A stretch of DNA of 64,000 nt, taken from NCBI RefSeq assembly GCF_009914755.1, contig NC_060926.1; one strand, written 5' to 3'. The notes below the pieces were generated by a model that worked only from the letters and a program-made list of their open reading frames with translations, searched no databases and was not told where the DNA came from. This document shows, piece by piece, positions 55,178-64,000 of this stretch. This DNA is from the human T2T-CHM13v2.0 reference genome, Homo sapiens. Position numbers and translations under genes: made by a program. How positions within the stretch are numbered: position 1 is the first letter of the stretch; every line of letters starts with the position of its first letter.

Positions 55178-55599
55178 CTGCCACTGTATTTACCCAAATG
55201 ACTCCATCGCCTTCATCTCAATTCTTTACTGCGCTATGACCACTCAGCTGTGGATGTCACCAGATTAGCAAAGCAATGCCTTGGGTCCAGGTGACAGCCT
55301 TTAAACATGAGCAGAGGCACCAGCCAAGCCTGGCGTGGCACAGCACTGATACACACATTCTGTGCTTCCATGTCTCTCCCAAATCTATGCCTTTACAAGT
55401 GCACATTCACTCCTGAAAAAGCCAAGAAGCCAAATAAATCCAAAAGAAATGTATGCTTTCCAGCCAACATGAGCCTGTCCTCTACATCTTAGAAAAGCAA
55501 TTACAACAACCATGGCAACGTGATTTATTGAGGGCTTCCAGTGGGCCGAGCTACCATCATCTCCCACCTGCACACTCTGTGGCTTCCTCATAGATCTGC

Positions 55600-56150
55600 T
55601 TGTAGTTTCTCTCTGGCCCTTCTGATGCCTTCTCCTTTCAGCAGCCAGGGAAGTCTTTGTAAAGTTGGTTTACAAAATTGATTTATTTATCCCCACCCTC
55701 CCATTTCATGCACCCAAGTCTACATAACAACTGTGCTTCCATGGCTTTCCATGGCACTTAAGATAAAATAAAAGCTCCTTCATTTGACTGGAGTCTGCCT
55801 CATCTCTCTCCCCATCCTTCTCTCATACCACATCTCCCTAAACTCTATACACAGCCAGGAGCTCTTCTTTCATTTCCTTGAATGTCCAATGCTCACACAG
55901 GCTTTTCCTTCTTTCTGGACCATTATTCCCATTCCTCTTCACCTAGACAACTCCTAGGCCTTCTCCACAAGGTGATTCAATTATCACCTCCTCAGGGAAG
56001 CCTCCCTGATCTCTTTGGCAAGGAAAAATATCATAACCTCTCCTATTTAAAAAACTCTTATATAGCCAAGCCTTATATTATAACCTCTCAAAGCAGCACA
56101 TTTCTTTATTGCACTAACCATGATAATGATGTATCATTTATTTAGTGGTC
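55600..56150 (+). mobile_element. L2 fragment
   Basis: atggctttccatggcacttaagataaaa...ttatcacctcctcagggaagcctccctga. Confidence 0.6.
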
Positions 56151-56179
56151 AATGCTTGTCATTGTTCAGTAAAGGACAT

Positions 56180-57155
56180 GCAACAATGAACAGGTGAGCA
56201 TGGGAATATGGGATCTACTGACACTGCCACATATGGCACCACCTGAAAGCAGCTGACCTGATAAAAACACTGGATCATCCTATGAAAGTTTCCACAAAGG
56301 TGCCAGCTCAGGGTTCACAACCTGCAGTGCCAGGGTGCTACGCCCCAGGATATACACTGCAAAAAGTCTACACCTAATATGTGAGGCTATGCCCCAATAG
56401 CTACAGGGCCATGATCTCCCAGCAACCCACCTGTTGAATTTGTGTGTCTCATCACTACCGCTTAAGGCTCTGTTGGGTTAGAGGTTCTAGGTCCTCGTGG
56501 GAGGCAGCGTGGGGAGTGTGAGGAATGTTTCCCCAGGGGGACACAGTAAGGAGACCTCTGTACCTAAAAATATGATCACTGCCTAGTTCCGTTGGCCAGC
56601 TCATGCCAGGGAACCACCTCTTGGTGCTGTCATGATTGTGAGAACAGGGAAAGGGCAGTCATGGCAACTTCAACCTGACAAAAGTAAGGCAACCAAGAAC
56701 CAGACCCCTCAAGGAAGAGGACATGAGGCCCACCATGAGCCAAAGAAACATTTGGCTGAAAGTGAGAAAAACCCAGAATGAGTAGAACAGGAGAGTTATT
56801 TCTTCATTAATTACTTCCCAGCTGTAGCAGAGGGGACTATACATATCTGTCTTAAGTCTTTCTGAAATGTCAGGGACAGAGTGGACCTAATATGACACAT
56901 GAGTGTCACTGAGTGGGGTAGGAGGTGAACTGTGGCAAATGCCACCTCCCCTTGGCCACCTTAGACGTCAGCTGCAGCCTGGTGAGCATTTCCATGCACA
57001 CTGGCAGTGTCCTACATCAAGTCCCATGCCAGCATCACCTTACTTTTCTGACTCTAGAATTTTTTTTAAACAACAGAATCTCCGACAGCTTGTTTACCGG
57101 GCAGGCCATAAGTGCAGGGGAGTTAACTTCCCTAAGGACAACCCTCAGTCTGGAT
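56180..57155 (+). mobile_element. Decayed ERVL internal (integrase-region) remnant followed by an LTR16-like LTR fragment
   Basis: cacatatggcaccacctgaaagcagctgacctgata (HIWHHLKAADLI) resembles the ERVL integrase motif HHPEAAGLIE; ggggagttaacttccctaaggacaaccctcag resembles LTR16. Confidence 0.55.
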
Positions 57156-57244
57156 CCATACATATATATTGAGAACAAACTGTCTGCAACCACACAGCTT
57201 AATAGGAGCAAGAACTAAGACTACCTATATTATTATGACTTTAT

Positions 57245-57975
57245 TATTCTAGGACTCAGCCTTAACCAGCTTTGTGGTTTGAAGCATCAAGTTCCTAGAG
57301 TGGACTAGACAAGATTGAAAGATGAATGGCAAAGATCACCAAGGTCACAATTACTTAGAAGTAAAAACTTCTAGATTGAAGAGTGTACCTTTAAACCCAG
57401 GATTAAGTCTCTAACTAGTGATGAAATGTCAATAAATGTTCATTGGAGCAAATAGCGCAAAGATTTAGAAGAATTGGCTCTAATAATGTTTTATACACAA
57501 ACAAAATATATGAAAATTTCTACATTTTGTTTATGTGGAAATTTGCCTCACAAGACCTGTGTGTGTGGTGGTGGCAGGACACTCCACCAGGCACGGAAGG
57601 CCGAATTATTGCCACAAACAAGCTGTGAGATGCCAGGTGGCCATTTCATTTCTTTGGGCTTTCATTTATGCATTTGTAAAATAAAAGAATTGAACCAAAT
57701 CATCTCAAGTACTTTGTACCTAAAATTATTAGATTTTCTAATGTATATCCTTAAGTTGTGTTTTCACAATGACTCATTCTGTTTTGATGAGGAAGCCAGC
57801 CTCCAATTACATCTCCAAAAAATAAAGACAAGTTGCAACCTGTTTAATCACATGCAATCAGTATCAAGTATGTATTACAGGTATCACAGATAATACAGAA
57901 AGAACCTATTGACTCTCCCCCTATTCTAGGACTCAACCCTAACTTGCTTTATGGTTTGGAGTGTGAAGTTCCTAG
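57245..57975 (+). repeat. Dispersed 54-bp direct repeat (57245-57298 and 57922-57975)
   Basis: Ungapped alignment with 9 mismatches in 54 bp. Confidence 0.85.
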
Positions 57976-58269
57976 TCTGTAAAGAGAAGGGAGTTCTTGT
58001 ATCTGCCCTCTAGATCTTTTCTAAACCTACAAACCTAAGACTAATGGCATCCCTCACCTCCCACAGCTTGTCTATGTTGTTTATTTCTCACCCATTGCTT
58101 CACTAAGGAAACTAACATTGCAACAGAGACCAGAGGGAACAGGACAGGGGCAACCACAATTCAAGCAGCTGGTTTTAGAGTCAGTAAAGCAACTGCTGTT
58201 CTATTTTCCACCTGCAAGTTAAAAAGTGAGTCAACTATTTCAAATGTTAGCTAAACATTCCTACCAAAT

Positions 58270-58745
58270 CTAGTGCAGTAGATTCGGATTTGGAGTACAG
58301 AGAACTGGATTATAATTCCGATTCTGTCACCTGATGGCCATGTCACCTGGCCACATCACTTCATCTCTCTGTGATCCTGTTTCTCCAAGTGTAAAATGGG
58401 GATAATAGCAGGGAGATGCTGTGGAGATTCAGAAAGATTAAATACAGTAACCTACATGACAGAACCTGGTATAGCACCAGGCACCTAGAAGACCTTCGCT
58501 GAATGATTGGAAGGAGGATCTAGCTGTCTGCCAAAGAGAAGAAAATAGGAAACATGAAAACACTAATGAGTATAAACAGAAAGTGTACTGGATGCAGAGT
58601 GAGATTTGTGTTCTAATCTCAGTCATTACTAGCTGAGTGTCCTTGAACAAGTCAAGGTCTCACTTCTTCTCACCTCAATTTCTTCATCTGTAAAATGTTG
58701 GGCTTAACTGCCATGATTCTGCTTTAACATTCCAGGATTCTGCAA
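58270..58745 (+). mobile_element. Two adjacent MIR fragments
   Basis: gtaaaatggggataatag and tactagctgagtgtccttgaacaagtca...ttcttcatctgtaaaatg. Confidence 0.75.
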
Positions 58746-58997
58746 TGACGTTAGTTTGCCATTGCTGATGTTAATGTTGTTTTCTTCTCAGTGATCCACA
58801 TTCCAAGAAACCATTCTTGGAATGGAATAGGATACCTAAACCAACTCATCCTACTCATTCGTTGTAATGGAAAAATAATCAGTTCTTTATTATTTATGCC
58901 ACAGGCATGACTCAGAGCATAAAAGTATGAGTAGAGGAAGTCTATGGCCCTTAAAGAAAAGCGCTAATAAATAATCTGTTTTAGAACTATAATTTTC

Positions 58998-59297
58998 TTT
59001 TTTTTTTTTTTTTTGTTTGAGATGGAGTCTCACTCTGTCGCCCAGGATGGAGTGCAGTGGCGCAATCTCTGCTCACTGCAAGCTCCGCCTGCTGGGTTCA
59101 CGCCTTTCTCCTGCCTCAGCCTCCTAAGTAGCTGGGACTACAGGCGCATGCCACCACACCCAGCTAATTTTTTGTATTTTTAGTAGAGACAGGGTTTCAC
59201 TGTGTTAGCCAGGATGGTCTCGATCTCCTGACCTCGTGATCCACCCGCCTCGGCCTCCCAAAGTGCTGGGATTACAGGCATAAGCCACCTTATGGCC
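58998..59297 (-). mobile_element. AluY-like, full length
   Basis: Diagnostic actgcaagctccgcc, gggttcacgcc and ttagccaggatggtctcgatctcctgacctcgtgatcc; TSD ttagaactataattttc / ttagaattacaattttc. Confidence 0.97.
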
Positions 59298-59623
59298 TTA
59301 GAATTACAATTTTCAATAGGAAAAAAAAAAACCCTATGAATTCTCCAAAAATCAACAGAAGCAACGTTAACCTTTTTTTCTCTAATAACAAGGTGGTTAT
59401 CTCCAGTGCCTTCTAGAATATCTTTGTCTGTTATTCTTACTCCTCATAAGCCCCCAAGCCTAATACTATCCTCCTACAGCCATACATTCAAATCGAGCCT
59501 CAGGATCTCAAGCAAGGTCCTTCAATTGACCTACAAAATGGGTGTTACCTCTGCTGGTAAGGAGACTAGACCTCTCCCTTGAACAATGTCATATCCCATG
59601 GCATCACTATTCCTCTTCTTCAG

Positions 59624-59685
59624 ATTAAAGGCTGGATGGTGATGAGCAGATTTCATCTTTCTGCCAAGAACAGATTGACCCTGAG
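59624..59685 (+). other. Candidate plus-strand exon (62 nt), probably non-coding or antisense
   Basis: ctattcctcttcttcag|ATTAAAGG...CCCTGAG|gtaagt; near-consensus acceptor and donor. Confidence 0.5.
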
Positions 59686-59815
59686 GTAAGTAGATAGCTT
59701 ACAGTCTATCCCAGGACAAATGCAGGTAGCAGGCCTTCTTTCTCAAACAACACAAGTTTCTAAAAATTCCTTTCACCTCCATTAAATTTAAAACATAGTG
59801 TATAGTACTCTTTTC

Positions 59816-59821
59816 TTTATT
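59816..59821 (-). terminator. Candidate polyadenylation signal AATAAA
   Basis: First minus-strand AATAAA I found downstream of the 63349 acceptor; GT/T-rich sequence (cttgtgttgtttg) lies further downstream. Confidence 0.45.
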
Positions 59822-60094
59822 CCAAATATTAAAGTGCATATCCATGGTAAAAATGATAATTTCTCAAATAGATACAGTCCTATAAATCATCTAGGGATAA
59901 CAAAAACTAAGTTTCAATGAACATGCCAATTCTAAATGTCATGTAGTGGTTGCCTGGAGTACTATGTTGTAAAGGACTGTGACCTGCATTTACACTCAGT
60001 GGGGATGCTGCATTCAGTGAGCCAGTGTTGCTTAGGAGGATGGGAGAAGTAGAAATAGATCACGTCTATTGTCCTTGACCTCGTCCGGTGATCA

Positions 60095-60258
60095 AATACT
60101 GGACCAAATCTGGCCACACTTATGCATTTATATATGTTCTGTAGCTGCTTTCCCTCTGCAGCAACAGAGCTGAATCTTGCATCAGAGTGTGTGGCCCACA
60201 AAACCTAAAATATATTTACTCCCTGGCTCTTTACAGAAAAAGTTTGTCAACCCCTGAT
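60095..60258. mobile_element. MER58A fragment
   Basis: ccaaatctggcc...tgtggcccacaaaacctaaaatatatttact...ctttacagaaaaagtttgtcaacccctg. Confidence 0.8.
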
Positions 60259-60909
60259 TGTAGTCCAGCCCTCTCATCTCACAAATAATAGAATTAAATA
60301 TATCTTCCTGTTTTTCCTTTCAACTTAAACCTTAGATTCTGATTAGCTAATCAAATCAAAGTAATAGTGACTTCTTACTAGAGTGGTACAAGCTGAGATC
60401 ACAGTTTGTTACATGGAAGAACCACCATATGTGGAATCAAACCATGACCCAGACACCCAAACCGTATGTCAACTGTATTCTCATCTTAGGGGTGATATTT
60501 CTGAATTTCAATCTAGAGTTTACTTATCATGTGGCTTTTCTAGTTAAAAAAAATAAAATAGTATAATTTTGACAGGAATAATAAAAAGTATGTTTCACAA
60601 TTGTAAATTGTCTCTCCATTTAAGTACACATGTCTGTCATACCATTGAAAGGAGGAATAATAAATCCAATATTTATGGTTTCACTATGGGTTACTGGCAT
60701 CCTTGTAGTTTAAATAGGTGACTAAGAAGAAATCCTGCTGGCAAGCAAATTTATACATACTTATTTTGTGCCTTGACACGCTGAAAGTGTTCACATAAAA
60801 TAATATAAGGCTTCTATAGCCTTGATTATTTCTGAATACTGCAAAATCTTACACTGGTATTGCAAACACACTTTGAAAACAGCTGGGGTAATCATGTTTA
60901 GTCTCAATC

Positions 60910-61210
60910 TGTGCTGTCCAATACAGTGGCCACCTGCCCCATGTGGCTACTGAGCACTTAAAATGTGGCTAGTTCAAATTGAGGTATGTTGTATGGACTG
61001 GATTTCTAAGACATGGTATGAAAAAATGAATGTGAAATGTATCATTAGCAATTTTTTGTAATATTCTATGTTGAAATGATATTTTAGATATATTGGGTTA
61101 AATAAAATGTGTTATGAAAATTACTTTCACTGCTCTTACTTTTTTGATGTAGCTACTAAAAAATTTAAAATTATCTATACGGGTCATGTATTTCTTTTGG
61201 ATGTGCTCTG
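60910..61210. mobile_element. MER33/MER3-type hAT MITE
   Basis: gtgctgtccaata...catgtggctactgagcacttaaaatgtggctagt...atattgggttaaataaaat...aaaatttaaaatta. Confidence 0.85.
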
Positions 61211-63559
61211 GTGGAGAAATTTTTAAAAAATATTTATGAAAGCAAGCCCAATGAGATAGGGAAATTGATACACACTTATAGAAAATGTACTACGTTCCCA
61301 TGCCTCTGCTGATGTCATAGCCCTAACAACAATGAGCAATGTTCAAGGAAAGAAATAGCCCAATAAGTCAACATCTACCTGTTTAACATTATGAGAAAAC
61401 TGAGGTCATGTCTCATGACTAAAGGCCTAATCATCTACTTCTCTTCCTTTTAAAAGTTTTAAAATAGTCCAGCAAAATTAGCACATAATCCCTCCCCGTA
61501 TACTCACCCTTTCAAAAAGGAGCATGGCCTGAAAAATATCTGTTGATCTAACAAAAATAAAGAGAAGTTATAAACCAGACACTATCATGCAAATAGTTGA
61601 GTTGGCCAAGAATTTACTTCAAGTAATACCACATGACATTGTTTGATCTCTTTTGTTTCAGCAAGGATAAAAAGGCCAGCCATAAGGAGACATGACAAAT
61701 ACCATTGAGTACTGCAGAGCAACTTGGCAGCTGCCCGAGGTAGAGCATCTTGTTTACATCACCACGCCAAGCCAGGAAGCAGAGTGAGGCTTTAGTCCCT
61801 GAGGCATTAAGTCCTCACCCTGATACCCCAATCCAGGTCTAGCCACCTCTCTCCAGACATAGTCCTGAGCATAACAGCTGTGGAGATCAGTTGCCTTTTC
61901 TGCGAAATTGTCATTAAACCATGAGTAATTTGGCACTATTTTCTGCATGATTTGTCCTCTCTGAAAATAAGCAGACTCAGGCTTGTGAAAATGGAAATTG
62001 ATTTACTTTCTATCCTTCTTGAGCTCATCTATTTAAGGTCTACTTCTTCTGGGATGTGCCAGGAGACTGCACTACTTTCAAGTGGTGGAAATTTCTTAAA
62101 AAAAAAAAAAATAAAAATAAGCTGAAGGAAACTTGGAATGAGAATGCACTTGGCTAATTGGTTTGCCATCTAGCACTACCTCTTTCTCTAAGCAGGGAGA
62201 ATCAAGCCGCTGTCTGCTTGATGGGGCAGTGGCAGCCTCGTGTAACCTCTGTAGTTATCTTCTGACTACTCAGCTGAATCCACTGCATTCTACATATCTT
62301 TCTTATTTAACGTAGAGTATGCATTTAAAAATAATATTTCTGTAAACCTTATCAAGCAAAACATGGCATGACTCGATGCCAAATTATAGTGATGATTATT
62401 TTAAGAAGAATCACAGCGCTTTGGCCCAGTTTTTGGAAAATGTGATTAATAGCACTGCCAGTGCCTTCTAGTGAGCCAGCACCACAAACTAGCTATTTGA
62501 TTTCATAACACAGTGCTGTTGTGATCACCAAAGCAACACTATCCGTTTAGGTGCTGGATTAGAATCCAGGCGAGTCCGCAGTATAGTCTTTACACTTCAT
62601 CAACTTCCACACAGGACATAAATTGCACTAATATAGTAATATACTGAAATCTCAGACCAACTGTTTGTCATCGGATTAGAATGTGATGACACAGAATAAA
62701 GATGTGAGACAGAATCTGTGCTGAGGTCTAAATTCACATTGGAAGTCTGGGAAGAGAAGACTGTTTATAAAATTATAGCCCAGGAATTGCTGCCAAAGTC
62801 GGCCTTTGGTGCAGCTGTAAGTCGGATGGAATCCACCTTCCTGACGTCAGACCCACCCACTGGAACACTGCTCCTCTGACTGGGGCTTCCCTGAATGGAA
62901 ACTACATGTCATACTGCAAAGTAAGTGCTGTCGTTCTGGAGCTGTCGGCACGATTCGATCTTTGTAGTGGGTTGATTATTTGTTCTTTTCCATCCAGCAA
63001 AAAGGCTATCAGCACACTTGTAGTTTTAGCATTCATATTTTTCATCCCCAAGTTCTGAGTTTTGCTCAAGCTGACAGATTTCTTGAGTTCTACTCCCTAG
63101 GACCTTCACATCTGATGATGGGGTGCTTTTTCATTTTCTTTCCTTCTGTTTTGTATTCTTCAATTCACTTCTTCATCTTCTCTTCCCAGGAAATGATGAC
63201 CTCCTTTGTACAGATTCTGCTACCATAGACAATGTGCATTACCATTTACAAAACCCAAGGATACATTTTGGTTTTCTATTACTTAGAAAAATTGGGGCCA
63301 TACGTAAAGACGCCATGGAATAGGTGTTTATGCAGAAGGTTTGTCTGGACTAAAAACAAAATGAAGTTTGATGTCATTATTTATACATTTCAGAAGCTCC
63401 TAGATTACTATCTTAAAGGTTGTTTTTGTTTTTAATATATGACATTTGAAGTTTCAGTCACAGTGTAAAAAATATTTAAATAAGTTTCAACTGGTTTGCC
63501 AGGGAAGCAGGATGGTAAGGGCGGTAGGCATAGGGCTAACCTAAGCTTCGGCTAATTGC

Positions 63560-63720
63560 TTTAATACACATCACACAAGGTGATCCTCATAAAGGGTTAT
63601 ATTATGAATTCAATTATATAAGTAAGAAAACTGGTGTTGAGAGATGTGAAGTGACTTGTCCAAAGTTACCTCCTATGCAGCAGAGTCTACATGACTAGAA
63701 TCCAAGTCTTCTGGCTCATT
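63560..63720 (-). mobile_element. MIR
   Basis: aagaaaactggtgttgagagatgtgaagtgacttgtccaaagttac. Confidence 0.65.
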
Positions 63721-63845
63721 TTTGTTTGTATATAATTTATTTGCTTTTATTTTTAATTTTACATAGATAACTATATCACTAAGTAATGTATCATTTAGGT
63801 TTCCATGACATGATGTAAGTGTAGTCATTCCACATGTTACCGGCC

Positions 63846-63990
63846 TTTTTTTTTTTTTTTTTTTTTTTTTTAAGAGATGAGGTCTCATTATTTTGCCTAG
63901 GCTGGTCTTGAACTCCTGGGCTCAAGCAATCCTTCCGCCTTGGTCTCCCAAAGTGCTGTGATTATAGGCTTGAGCCACTACACTCGGACC
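63846..63990 (-). mobile_element. Alu monomer (FLAM_C-like)
   Basis: Poly(T) then gagatgaggtctc...gaactcctgggctcaagcaatcct...gagccac; TSD tgttaccggc / tgttactgac. Confidence 0.9.
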
Positions 63991-64000
63991 TGTTACTGAC

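Larger units (their letters stand above)
59795..63349 (-). other. Candidate terminal exon and ~3.5 kb 3'UTR of an unidentified gene extending beyond the window
   Basis: Acceptor cttcattttgtttttag|TCCAG at 63350; all frames stop within 37 codons; repeat-poor, CpG-retaining sequence follows; AATAAA at 59816-59821. Confidence 0.45.

Noticed and set aside
61508-61528. 21-nt minus-strand microexon-like unit (tttttcag|GCC...AGG|gtgagt)
   Set aside because: Short pyrimidine tract and located inside the putative 3'UTR; not supportable without reads.
62860-62915. Possible SECIS element (ATGA...AA...GA) on the minus strand
   Set aside because: The required stem between the non-Watson-Crick quartet and the AA loop does not pair.

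Overview
This is primate (probably human) nuclear DNA, AT-rich and mostly intergenic or intronic, with no prokaryotic features (no operons, CRISPR arrays, rRNA or tRNA). Much of it is interspersed repeat: Alu/FLAM copies with target-site duplications (TSDs), L1 3' ends, many MIR/L2 fragments, hAT-Charlie MITEs (MER5, MER20, MER33, MER58) and MaLR/ERV LTRs. Repeat subfamily names come from recalled consensus sequences, not a RepeatMasker run. I recognise no ORF in the track as a cellular protein. The long ORFs at 15-17 kb are artefacts of a 1.3 kb CA-rich tract, and several others are Alu, L1 or LTR remnants. The unexplained signals are: (i) a likely minus-strand terminal exon and ~3.5 kb 3'UTR of an unidentified gene (63349 to ~59795), with a long-range inverted stem and a well-formed antisense exon nearby; (ii) a chain of minus-strand candidate exons (17268, 15489-15375, 7299-7245, 4992-4852) that could encode a small ORF whose ATG is formed only by splicing, with one exon lying directly behind a UG-rich tract; (iii) three old local templated duplications, one a complex inverted-plus-direct insertion with hairpin flanks; (iv) several CTCF-like motifs, some in transposons. 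All transcript models are inferences from splice signals only.
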